Part shown: positions 1-11,894 of the stretch, in pieces
Numbering within the stretch: the first letter of the stretch is position 1
Layout: each line of letters begins with the position of its first letter
Program-made: the position numbers and the translations under genes
The notes under the pieces: model-generated
Told to the model about the DNA's origin: nothing
The model's database searches: none
What the model saw: only the letters and a program-made list of their open reading frames with translations
Assembly (NCBI GenBank): GCA_002269645.1
Contig: NIVC01001816.1
Span: forward strand, 170,302-234,301
From: Macrostomum lignano
Taxonomy: Eukaryota
DNA length: 64,000 bases
Direction of reading: 5' to 3'

Positions 1-1183
1 ACTCAGGTCGCTACATTAGCACTCCAGTCTGTTAGCATCTAGGCTATCTCTTTTTAATTGGAGAACATGAATTGTGGCCATTATAATTCAATTCTTACAG
101 CAAGTCAATTGAAGTAAAAAGTTATGACATAATCAATTTCTCAGTCAGCCAGTATCAGTCTCAATTTGAGTTAGCAATATGGTTACACAATTTAAATCAA
201 GTCGTGTGTGCATTTCTTCAGCACTGTTTTGAACTTGTTGTGATGCAATCTTTATCACAATCGGAATTCAGTCAGTCAGTTTTTTCTCTAGCATTCTTAC
301 AATGCATTTCAAGTCGAAAATTTGGCTTGACCTTTGCAAAAAAGCATGTTTTTCGAATATTTAATCCCTTTAACATTGAGCAATTTCTTAGCCAAGATGC
401 ATGTACCGTCCATGGAAAATTTCTGATCGAATGGTGCAAGTTTGAAGAAAATCGGTTGAGCCAATTTTTCTAAAATCTATCGCATAGCTAGTTAGTTACA
501 GACATTTCATTTTTAGTATATACGAAATCGCATACACTTAATGACTTAACACTTCTAGATTGAAGTGTTCTATCTTAGATTGACAGGGCAAACAGAATAT
601 TCGTTTACAGTATTAACATCAGTACATGTATACGCCCCTTTTATTCAACATTATTTCATACGAAATTAAGAAATAGGCAAATAGCTAGGTCTATATCTGG
701 CTAAGCCTAAATAAAAAAGTTATAATTATCAGTCGTCTAGACTCTTGTCTTGTAATTGTCTTTTGCCTATTGTTTTTTTGTAAAAATCGTCTCAAACCTT
801 AATGGCAAATTTGTATTAAAAAATAGCAAAAATATGTATTAAAAAGTTGGTTAGGCCTAACTTTTTTTAATTCTAGGGGCGTAGGCTAGGTTCAGGGATT
901 GCAATCCCAGGATTTGGGTTACACCAAATTCATCAATATCTAATTAATTTGTCAACAGACTTAAAATAAGAAATTGACTGATTTGTCAACAGCTAAAACA
1001 AGCTAAGGGAATTCATCAACAACAAGACAGACAGACTTGCTATAAAGTTTATTCCTTAATGCAATAACTGTAAATTTCTGTAATTCAATGAGCAAAATAT
1101 TGCCAAAGACTTCCATAAGACTTTATGAATATGCATTTTAAATGCTCTTATGCATACACAATTCAAAATCTAAAAAATGGGGC

Positions 1184-1545
1184 AATCAATAACAACAACA
1201 ACAATAACAAAATATGCGACCCCACACGCATAGTCACAGTTAGAGCAGGGCATGTCAGATGGCATGCTGCAGAGCCTGGGAACAAACAAAGTCCACTCTG
1301 TTGGTAGTGTTGGGTGCCCCAGAGTGGCAGAGTAGGCAGTCCATGGACCATGTATTGACAGGTTTAGGCCTGACCCTGCCTGAATGGACCCTGCAAGGTG
1401 AGCAGTAGGACATCTTAAATAGGTTGGGGACAGAAGCCCTTGGCCCAGATCACATGACCTGCCAATTGAAGTTGCCACCAGCGCAGAATGATAGATGGGC
1501 TCTGCAACTTGGCCTGATTGGGTAGGCCAGTAGCGGGCCATAGTT
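1184..1545 (-). mobile_element. Decayed 3' end of a non-LTR retrotransposon (LINE, RTE/CR1-like) with (TTG/TTA)n tail
   Basis: One minus frame reads ...RWWQLQLAGHVIWAKGFCPQPI*DVLLLTLQGPFRQGQA*TCQY..., resembling the post-RT 'RL.(F/L)AGH..R' C-terminal motif of LINE ORF2. It has in-frame stops and is followed by a short repeat tail (plus strand aacaacaacaacaataacaa, ~1190-1210). Family assignment is from memory of motifs. Confidence 0.45.
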
Positions 1546-2919
1546 TAGATCATATATTAGTGTATGCCTCATTTGTGGTATTGCAATGCACCAAATAACC
1601 TTTTTTGGTCTCTCATTTTGTCTACTAGGGGGCAAGGGGGTGACCACCCAACCCCCCTCCCCTAACTAGAGATATGCCACCATTGGCAACCTAGGATTTG
1701 GGGTCCCAAATCCTAGGACAAATTTTTGTTATTATTTTTATAAAAAGTGTTATAATATAAATAAAATTAGTTTATTAGGCCCCCCTATACTATGATAATT
1801 TCTATTAATTGCCTCATATGGTATGGGACCTTTTTAAACCCCATATTACAAATTAAATGTGTAAAATTTATTTTAGTATAAATTTTGATACATTATATGC
1901 TTCCTTATTACTAATACTTTAATATTACTTACCTTAATATATCACAAGATGATGCTATATTTTATCTCCAAATAGATCATAGGCTTTATAAAAATACAAT
2001 AGAAGCAAAAAATGTTTAGCACATATTTTGCCTGGCTTAAAATTCCAACTTAGGATTGAATGCTAGGATTGGCCAAATTCTAAGATTAAATCCTAGGATC
2101 TAATGATTGGTAAAGTTTAGGATTTTGCAATCCTTAGGCCTAGCCTAGGCCAAATTTTGAAAGTAAAGTGTCTTTACTCATATAATCAAGCTCTTAGTCT
2201 TAGGCCTAGTCTAGTCTAGGCAGTAGGCCCTATTCAGTATTCTATTATATTATATCAAGACAAGATACTGTAGTTTTTGAACTTTTAAAATTCAAAATCT
2301 CATTGAAGCCCTTTCCTCCTAATATTATTATTAATATTAGCATTGATAGATAGGCCACAAGGCCTAGAAACTAGAATAGTATAAATAGGCCTACTAGATA
2401 TTAATTAAGTCTAGGAATAATCCCAAATCTCAATTGAATTTTGATTGTCTCAAAGGAACAAAAATAATGTGATGTTTTCTGACATTTATTATAGATTTAG
2501 ATTTAACCTTTGACTTTAGTTGGTTATAGTTACCATATTGCAGATTGTTATATATACACAGGAAAATACTCTGCTATCTAGTAAAGTATATGCCAATAAA
2601 GTATAGGCCTATTAATTAGGTGTTCTAGTAAATTGTATGCCAATAAAATTGTGTGATTAACAAGCATAAAAACAATTCAACAAGCAATAGACCTAGCAAA
2701 TAGTTGCTGCAGAATAATAAAACCTAAATCATTTCAAAATAACAAAAATTAATAAAACAAAATAGTTTTGTGTATTATTGATTTGAATACATTCTTTACT
2801 AGTAACTGTAAAAAATTGTCTATTCTTTAAAAAGCTAACTTATTGTCATATTTGAGAAAGTAACTTTATTATAGCAAAGGGTTGTTTAGTATAATTTATG
2901 CAATGATGTTAAATTCTTC

Positions 2920-3217
2920 CATACATGCGCAACCTCCGAAATTCGGTCGGCCATGCGACTTAGTTTTAACAAAAATGCGACGTAGTTTTTGGCCCAAAAT
3001 GCGACTTACATGTAAAAAAACCCTAAAGCAAAATAAACGCAACTTTGGGTAAACGGCAGGAGTAACTATGACTGTTTTATTAAGCTAAAATGCCTCGTCA
3101 GCTACTTAGTACTACTCTTCAGGTTATTTTTTGGGTGGGCATTTTTGCGACTTCCTTGATTGGCCGCCAAATCGGTCGGCCGAATCGGCCGACTCGGCCG
3201 ACTGTTGCGCATGTATG
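2920..3217. mobile_element. ~298-bp MITE (hAT/P-type, 8-bp TSD)
   Basis: Perfect 14-bp TIRs CATACATGCGCAAC (2920-2933) and GTTGCGCATGTATG (3204-3217). Identical 8-bp direct repeat AATTCTTC on both sides (2912-2919, 3218-3225). Subterminal TCGGCCGA-like repeats. Confidence 0.85.
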
Positions 3218-4075
3218 AATTCTTCTATGCTTTTGTATGCTGCATCATAAGCTTGAATAAATATAGTTAAGAGTTGTAAGCCAATGATTGTGCTAAAATG
3301 AATTTGTATTTTTTCTTTGTATACCAAATGTATATTAGCCAAAGCATTTGTATTCCAGAATTTTCCAGCATATACTATACCTGCAATATGGTATAGTTAT
3401 AGAAACACATACTTTCTATATCTAGTTACAAGTACTATTTTAACACTAATAGGATAAAACTAATAGGATAAAAAACAAAATTTGTTGATATCTGAATAAA
3501 AGCCATCAGATATTTGCCTAGACTACAGAATTTTAGGAAATTCTAGATTCATAGAATAATTACTTAAAACATTTTAATTATAATTCATAAGTGAAAAACT
3601 TTTTATGATATCATTTTTAGTATTTTTGGTAAATATATAGCCAGTTTATTTTGCTTTTATTAAAAAATCTCATTTTAATTTTCTAATAATCATCAAAATG
3701 AGAAAAGATATATCCCTATCTCCCCTCCTAGCTAAACTACTATTTAAGTATTTCTTATTTTGTTCTATTAGTATTCATATTCTATATCATATTGCAAACT
3801 GTTAAAAGCTAGAAAGTATTTAGCTATCTAGTAAAAAATATGCCAATGCCAATAAAGTAAGTCAATTAAGTGTAGAGTTCTGCTATAGCTATGGATATGG
3901 CTATAGGAAGTTATAGATAGAGATTTTTTGGCAAAGCATAATATGGATACAAGTAATGTTTATAGTTATGGCAACATACCTAGTTTATGTATCTAGTAAT
4001 TGAGAATTGAAAGACCATTGTAGCTATTAATTTAATAGGGTTACAGTAGTTGAAATAAATGAATATTTATAGTTT

Positions 4076-4272
4076 TGTAAGACCGTGGGTTGAATTGCAG
4101 TGAATAACAAAACGTGAGGAGACCTCACTGGCTCACGCCAATATATTTAATGCCAAAGTTGGGGTGGGTGTAACCACCCTAAGAACGCACACGCTGCAGC
4201 GCTAAAACCTCAACCCCCAAACCAGCCAGACGTGCACATTTAAGTGCACGCGCACCAACAAGCCAGCCTACA
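4076..4272 (-). repeat. 3' LTR (~197 bp) of the Gypsy element
   Basis: On the minus strand it starts TGTAG (plus 4268-4272) directly after polypurine tract AGGGGGAAAGTAG (plus 4273-4285) and ends TTACA (plus 4076-4080). Canonical TG...CA termini. Confidence 0.85.
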
Positions 4273-6325
4273 CTACTTTCCCCCTAGAAGCAAAAGACAG
4301 TTCCAGAGTCAAGCAAAGCCCGCCATGTACAAGTCAGGTGGCCGCCGCTCTCTCGCCGACCGCCGCGGAATCGTGACCAACTCGGCCGGTGCCGCCGGCT
4401 GCTCCTCTGGTGCCTCGTCTGCCTGCAGCTCGGGCCAGGTCACCGCGTCGCCGCCAGGATCGACCGCCTGCCTGGGGGGCTCAGCGGCGGTGCCGTCGTT
4501 GTCGGAGTCGGCGGCTGGTGGTCTGCTGCGGCCGGAAGCTCCAGTGACGCCCGCCGCTGCACGAAGCGCTTGAGGTGGTCGTGGTGCACCACCAGCCGGC
4601 GCCTCAGGACTCGGTACGGCCCCTTCCACTTGGCGCTCAGGCACCGCGTCTGGCCGCGCTTGACGAGCAGCATCACGAGCTGGCCCTCTTCGAACGGCAC
4701 GAACCGAGAGTCCTGGTTGGCCAGCCGGTTGCGCTCGACCTGGGCGCTCCGCAGTCGGCCGTGCACCGTGTCGAAAGCGCTCTGCAGGTTCTCCTGAGTC
4801 CGCCGCAGGAAGCCGTGATGTCCACCGTCGGCTGCCGGCCGGTCGCCGCTTATCAGCCAGCTGTCGAGATCCAGCCTCAGTGGCCAGCCGTGGAGGACCT
4901 GGTACGGACTGAGGCCGGTGTTGCTGTGCACGGAGGTGTTGTAGGCCCAGGTCACATACGGCAGCTTGCTGTCCCAATCCTGCTGGTTCTCGGCCACCGT
5001 CGTCGCCAGCATATCGCCGAGCGTCCGGTTGCCTCGCTCGACGATTCCGTTGCCACTCGGATGAAACGGCGACGTGCGCGTCTTTTCAACGCCCAGCTGC
5101 TCGCAGAGCCGGCCAAACACCTCGCTCTAGAATTGCCGTCCCTGGTCACTGTGCAGCACCTGAGGAGCGCCGTGACGCAGAACCACCGACTTGAGCAGTG
5201 CATCCGCCACCGTCACCGCGTCGATCGCCGCCAGGGCTGCCGTCTCTGGTCTCCATCCACTTTGAAAAGGCGTCGCACATGCTCAGGATGTACGCCTTGC
5301 CATCAGTCGTACGCGGAAGCGGCCCTTTGATGTCGATCTGCACCAGCTGCCACGGAGCCGTCGGCTGGCACGTCGATTGTAGCGGCGCCTTCTGCGGCTT
5401 GGTTGGACTCTTCTTGGCGAGGCAGACCGCGCAGCTGGCCACCCAGTTTTCGACGTCCCGTCGCAGACCAGGCCACCAGCAGCGCTCAGACAATCTCGCT
5501 CCGGTCCTGTCGACGTCTAGATGTCCGCTCTGGTCGCACGAGTGCGCCTGCTGCAGGAAATGTGGCCGCAGGTGACCGGGAATGACTGGCCGGCCACCCA
5601 CCAGCCGGACACCCGCCGAGCTCACCGAGGCCTCGTCCAGCAGCTCGCGAACCTGCGCCGCCCATGAATCGGACAGGCTGTCAATCCCTTCGGTCAGCGC
5701 CTGGAACGCCTTGCTCAGCAGCGGGTCTTGCAGTTGCTCCTCATGCAGGCGGCTGTCGTCCCACCGAGGCTGCAGGCGCGTGCCGGCCATCCGGCTCAGC
5801 GCATCCGGAACGACGTTGTCCCTGCCAGGCCGGTACAGCAGCTTGAACGAAAACTGCTGCAGCGTAGAAAGCCATCGCGCCAGCCGACCTTCGGGGTCCT
5901 TCTTTGTCAGCAGACCTTGCAGTGGCCGGTGGTCCGAGTAGACTGAAGCTCGGGACACTCAGCAGGTACGTCCTGAAGTGCTTCAGACTCCAGACCAGCG
6001 CCAGCAGCTCGCGGTCGGTCGCCGAGTAGTTGCGCTCGGCCTTGTTGAGGGTGCGGGAGGCGAACGCCACAGGCAGCGCAGCTGAGCACGAACTGCTTGG
6101 TAAAATCCGGCAGCCTCAGCACCGGAGCCGTCGTCAGCCGGTCCTTCAACTCGCGGAACGCTCGCTCGCAGTCGCTGCTCCACGCGAAGTCCCTCGATTT
6201 CACGCTGACGTCGTGCAGGACCCTCGCCGTCTGGCTGAAGCCTGGGATAAACCGACGGTAGAACCCCAGCATTCCAAGAAACCGCTTCACCTCCTCGGTC
6301 GTCGTTGGGCTGGGCATGCTGCATG
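4076..6325 (-). mobile_element. 5'-truncated, degenerate Gypsy/Ty3 LTR retrotransposon (RT end, RNase H, integrase, PPT, 3' LTR)
   Basis: Frameshifted minus ORFs carry KRFLGMLGFYRRFIPGFS (RT thumb), [23 protein letters not shown] and YSDHRPL (RNase H), H-H-C-C zinc finger (HSCDQSGH...CAVC), SPFHPSGNGIVER (rve) and KWKGPYRV (GPY/F). Gypsy domain order RT-RH-IN. Small deletions remove e.g. the RNase H TDAS motif. Confidence 0.95.
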
Positions 6326-7483
6326 AATAGGGTTACAGTAGTTGCAATAAATGAATATTTATAGTTTCATATTGAAAGAGTCCCTGGAAGTTTCAAAGTC
6401 CCTAGAAGTTGGGACTCTAGCATTAGCATATATTGTTAATGCCATTTCCACATTTTGGTTGGGTGGTAGGAGCTAAATTTAACATGAAAGTTTTCACTTT
6501 TAAAGGGGAGCTCTTAAGTCACTTCAATGATTTAAAGACTTTAACTTAGCAATGGAAAATTTCAATGCATAAGATTGAAGAAAAAATATTTATTAGTTTT
6601 AAAGCAAATCCTAGGCAATTTCTTCAACAATTTTGGCATGGCCCTAACAGATAATAGTAAATGCTAAGCCTGCCAACTTTGCAAATCAAGGGTATGGTCA
6701 GACTGCCAAGTTTGTACTGTGGATTCATAGTTATATAGAAGCTCTCTGCATTAGCCTTTAGACAGTCTTTTTGTCATGGCTCAATTGAAAAAAGCATAGA
6801 CTGGTTTGCTAAATTAACTGTACAAGATAGAATCATTGTACATGGGAATTAGTGTTGTGTTTTATGCACTTATTTAGTGTTGAGCCAAAGGCTATTATCA
6901 AAAGAGCATAGCTTAAGTTGAATGTATATTTTGTTTAATGCATATTCTATGGTTTAAGGATATATGTCAAGGCAAGCCTTTATAGAGTCAGTCAGTAGCT
7001 GTTTAGGACAGACAAATAAGTTAACACTGGGACGACAACTTGGAATAAAGTTACCTTAGTACATTGGAATTGGATCGGTATACAACAATTAGCCAAGCCC
7101 ATTCTTGGATGGAATACTCAGCTGGACCCTAGACAGAGGCATTGTTAAAGAGAAATATTAGAATAGTTTCAGATAATGATCAATTGTCACAAGACCTCTG
7201 ACACCATATAAAAAAACTAATAATTAGCACTGGGTTTCCCTACTGATTATTAAATTGCTTGCTAATAGTATTAAATGTATTGAAATAGCTATAATTGTTT
7301 TATTTCAAGGAATAAAAGCAATAAGGAAGATCAGTATATAGGATGTACAGAAACAGCTATAGTTGTTGATTTAAAAAATGATTATTGTACTTTTGTTTAT
7401 GTGCTAAGTTATAAGCACTTTTATTTATCAAAATTTTAAGGAAAAGTCAATATTAGTTTGTTTAACTTTCTAATTTATTTCAG

Positions 7484-10400
7484 AAACTCTGCCAGTTCTG
7501 CAATGGTGAGGTGGCCAGAGCCACTCTGTCGCACGATAAGGCCTGCTTAGATTGCGGCGCAGTGCAAGACCAGGCTGTTAAAGTTGATTCAGCCACTGGG
7601 GCAACAGTTTTAATGGGTAGTTGCGAGCTTGTCACCGATCCAGATGCCGTTGGTGGAGCGCCGTTTGATACTGAAGGCGTTGCATTTGCTCAGGTAACTC
7701 ATTTGTTTAATGGTGTCAGTAGCTGACCTGATTCAGGTTAGGTTTTGGGTTTTGGTTTAAATTATGCTTTAGGTTAAGATTTAGGTTAGGGTTGAGGTTA
7801 GGTTTAGATTAGGTTTAGATTAGGTTTTAGATTAGGGTTTAGATTAGGGTTTAGAATGGGGTCTAGGTCAGGTTTTAGGTTAGGGTTTAGATTTGGTTTT
7901 AGATTAGGGTTTAGGTCAGGTTTTAGGTTAGGGTTTAGATTTGGTTTTAGATTAGGGTTTAGGTCAGGTTTTAGGTTAGGGTTTAGATTTGGTTTTAGAT
8001 TAGGGTTTAGGTCAGGTTTTAGGTAAGGTTTAGATTTGGTTTTAGATTAGGGTTTAGATCAGGTTTTAGGTTAGGGTTTAGATTTGGTTTTAGAATAGGG
8101 TCTAGGTCAGGTTTTAGGTTAGGGTTTAGATTTGGTTTTAGATTACGGTTTAGGTCAAGTTTTAGGTTAGGGTTTAGATTTGGTTTTAGATTAGGGTTTA
8201 GGTCAGGTTTTAGGTTAGGGTTTAGATTTGGTTTTAGATTAGGGTCTAGGTCAGGTTTTAGGTTAGGGTTTAGATTTGGTTTTAGATTAGGGTTTAGGTC
8301 AGGTTTTAGGTTAGGGTTTAGATTTGGTTTTAGATTAGGGTCTAGGTCAGGTTTTAGGTTAGGGTTTAGATTTGGTTTTAGAATAGGGTCTAGGTCAGGT
8401 TTTAGGTTAGGGTTTAGATTTGGTTTTAGATTACGGTTTAGGTCAAGTTTTAGGTTAGGGTTTAGATTTGGTTTTAGATTAGGGTTTACGTCAGGTTTTA
8501 GGTTAGGGTTTAGATTTGGTTTTAGAATAGGGTCTAGGTCAGGTTTTAGGTTAGGGTTTAGATTTGGTTTTAGATTAGGGTTTAGGTCAGGTTTTAGGTT
8601 AGGGTTTAGATTTGGTTTTAGATTAGGGTCTAGGTCAGGTTTTAGGTTAGGGTTTAGATTTGGTTTTAGAATAGGGTCTAGGTCAGGTTTTAGGTTAGGG
8701 TTTAGATTTGGTTTTAGATTACGGTTTAGGTCAAGTTTTAGGTTAGGGTTTAGATTTGGTTTTAGATTAGGGTTTACGTCAGGTTTTAGGTTAGGGTTTA
8801 GATTTGGTTTTAGAATAGGGTCTAGGTCAGGTTTTAGGTTAGGGTTTAGATTTGGTTTTAGATTAGGGTCTAGGTCAGGTTTTAGGTTAGGGTTTTGATT
8901 AGGTTTTAATGTTACGGTTTACCGTAGATAAAGTTTTAAGTTAGGGTCTTGCTTTGGGTTCAATTGAATTTAGTTAAAAGTTTAGGTTAGGGTTTATATT
9001 TTAGATAGACTTGGATTTAATATTAGGGTTAGCAGTGTCACATTCTGGCAGTCAGTTGTCGTAGACGAGGAACTAATGATCTGTAATTCAGTCCAGTGCT
9101 GTCTGGCCTATACTATATCAATCTCAAATTCCAACTACCAGGCCCGGTCTCGAGTGGCTCTGGCTCGCTGCTTGGGTGTATCTAATGTAAACTCAAATGC
9201 TAATCGTGCAACAACAACTACTACTGATAGTAATAAGCTGTTGCTTCGAACGCCGCTTGGTCGCAGGATGTCTCGCAGGCTGGTTGGCCTGTCGCAAACG
9301 CTCGGCATTCGCAATCAAAGCGATTTAGACCGGATTCGCCTGGCGCTCGGACAGTTATTGGCCGAGAAGCCGAATATTCGAGAGTCCGGCCTGCGTGGCA
9401 AGTTAGCCTGCGTATTGCACCTGCTGTGTCCGGGGGTTAGTCTGGCAAAAGCTAAGCTTGTATGCCAGGCGCCTTCTTGCGCCAGTCTGAAAATTATGGA
9501 GTCTGTTAAACGTTCTCTAGTTGAACGCGGCTGGAACCTGACTGGAGGGTCCGCTGCGGCTTTTCTATGTGAAAATAATGATGTAAGTGGCAAATCTTGC
9601 TAGTTAATGTACGTTTGAGGCAACAATTTAATCAAGAGAGCATTGAGAAAGGAAATCCAGTTAATGTACATCCAGATATTGGGGTAGGAAATCCACTTAA
9701 TGTACATCCAGATATTAGGGTAGGAAATCCACTTAATGTACATCCAGATATTGGGGTAGGAAATCTCGTTAATGTACATCCAGATATTAGGGTAGGAAAT
9801 CCACTTAATGTACATCCAGATATTGATGTAGGAAATCCCGTTAATGTACATCCAGATATTGGGGTAGGAAATCCACTTAATGTACATCCAGATATTAGGG
9901 TAGGAAATCCCGTTAATGTACATCCAGATGTTGGGGTAGGAAATCCCGTTAATGTACATCCAGATATTAGGGTAGGAAATCCACTTAATGTACATCCAGA
10001 TATTGGGGTAGGAAATCCACTTAATGTACATCCAGATATTGGGGTAGGAAATCTAGTTAATGTACATTGAGATGGGGGTAGGATATCCAGTTAATGTACA
10101 TTGGGATGGGGATAGGAAATCCAGTTAATGTACATTGGGATGAGGGTAGGAAATCCAGTTAATGTACATTGGGATGGGGGTAGGAAATCCAGTTAATGTA
10201 CATTGGGATGGGGGTAGGAAATCCACTTAATGTACATCCAGATATTGATGTAGGAAATCCCGTTAATGTACATCCAGATATTGGGGTAGGAAATCCACTT
10301 AATGTACATCCAGATATTAGGGTAGGAAATCCCGTTAATGTACATCCAGATGTTGGGGTAGGAAATCCCGTTAATGTACATCCAGATATTGGGGTAGGAA

Positions 10401-11266
10401 ATCCACTTAATGTACATCCAGATATTAGGGTAGGAAATCCCGTTAATGTACATCCAGATGTTGGGGTAGGAAATCCCGTTAATGTACATCCAGATATTAG
10501 GGTAGGAAATCCACTTAATGTACATCCAGATATTGGGGTAGGAAATCCACTTAATGTACATCCAGATATTGGGGTAGGAAATCTAATTAATGTACATTGA
10601 GATGGGGGTAGGAAATCCAGTTAATGTACATTGGGATGGGGATAGGAAATCCAGTTAATGTACATTGGGATGGGGGTAGGAAATCCAGTTAATGTACATT
10701 GGGATGGGGGTAGGAAATCCAGTTAATGTACATTGGGATGGGGGTAGGAAATCCAGTGAATGTACATTGGGATGGGGGTAGGAAATCCAGTCAATGTACA
10801 TTGGGATAATCGATGCAATGTACATGAAGTGCATTCTCACCCACCACTCCAGAACGCATTCTACTCTCTGCTATCGCCCGATGGCGCTGCTCGTTACGCC
10901 AGCTCAGAAGTGGCAGCGGACGCGGCCGCACTGACGGACACTCTGGCATCGTCTTGGCGAGCCAGCAGCATTGCTAGATCACGCCTGCGACGACTCGGCC
11001 TTTACTTGGCTCTGATGAAGCACGGTCTGACTAAAGGCGAGATTCTGACAGCTCTAGCCGGGCCGATCAACCAGCGGGATCTTCATTTATTTTCTGAGGC
11101 CAAAGAGCAGGCTTTGAGACTGTTGCGCCTGCATCCGCTGTTGCAGCATCGCGCAGACTTGACCGAAGCTCAACTGCATCGCTACCTGCAGGATCTCATC
11201 GATTGGAGGCAGCGGCTTGTGAAGGAACGACTGGCGCTGGTTGGCGATGCCGATTGCCCCCTGTAG
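7484..11266 (+). CDS. BRF2: Divergent TFIIB-family factor, most like BRF2 (TFIIIB 50-kDa subunit); 5' exon/start codon not found
   Basis: Three phase-0 exons join in frame: 7484-7693, 9142-9582, 10853-11266 (354 aa + stop). They have AG/GT sites (cag|gtaact, gat|gtaagt). Exon A has zinc ribbon CQFC-x14-CLDCG. Exon B has cyclin-fold-like RRLVGLSQTLGI...ACVLHLLC. Exon C has L-x7-W-x15-YLA and DLIDWRQRLV, paralleling my recollection of human BRF2 (LVELANETW...TFLA; DLLQHRQSLV). Confidence 0.65.
7735..8920 (+). repeat. Telomere-like (TTAGGG-derived) 48-bp minisatellite
   Basis: Unit ttaggtcaggtt-ttaggttagggt-ttagatttggtt-ttagattagggt. Period 48 (taggtcagg at 7864, 7912), roughly 22 copies, inside the intron of the BRF2-like gene. 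Confidence 0.9.
9653..10822. repeat. 36/34-bp intronic minisatellite with two-block higher-order structure
   Basis: 36-bp unit AATGTACATCCAGATATTGGGGTAGGAAATCCACTT followed by 34-bp units TTAATGTACATTGGGATGGGGGTAGGAAATCCAG. The whole pattern occurs twice. Confidence 0.9.
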
Positions 11267-11894
11267 CGAAATTTACAATGTCCTAACTAAACTACTTACT
11301 ACGTGCTTGTAAGTAGAAATTTAAGTTTTTTATCCTCTAATCTGAGAAAATAACAACAAAATGTCTGTTTCTACTTATTCAGTAGCTGCGATAGGAAATA
11401 TGATCAAATCATAATTTTTTTTCCTCATAATTGAAAATTTTTATATGCTACTTGCACTACTTACCGCTTCTAAGTGAGTAAAATTGTACATACTTTGTTC
11501 TCAGCTTGTTCTTAAACTAGTTAATTCCGATATCTATTTGCATTTAAATAATGATTTTAGAGTTTTTTGTCATATGTTCTGTACTATTACTTTGGTATTA
11601 ATTTCATGTTGGGCATGTAAAGTTACGCTCAGCAATTAACCACTTCTCTCTGCATTCAACTTTTTAAATAATGCGCTCGACACCGCAAGTTACACCGACT
11701 ATAATATATCAAGTGCTGCTTTTTTACTACTTACAGTAGCGTATTCGACTCCTGTTGGTTTCTTAATTGAAATTTCGAAATATTCTTAGTCATAGGTGCT
11801 CTGTCTGCTTATTGGTATGATCTGCTCCTGGAAAATGTCAAGCAGTTTGGCTCTTGCTTTCAGTTCAATACGACTTTGGGACTAGGCTAGGCTA

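Noticed and set aside
877-1680. Possible old Harbinger-like MITE ends (GGCGTAGGCTAGG ... CCCCTAACTAGAGATATGCC)
   Set aside because: Too degenerate; no TSD could be identified.
4244-5846. Plus-strand ORFs overlapping the Gypsy fragment
   Set aside because: Antisense shadows of GC-rich pol sequence.
9597-10600. ORFs of repeated VHPDIGVGNPLN / MYIKWISYPNIW
   Set aside because: Translations of an intronic 36-bp minisatellite open on both strands; they lie between canonical splice sites of the BRF2-like gene.
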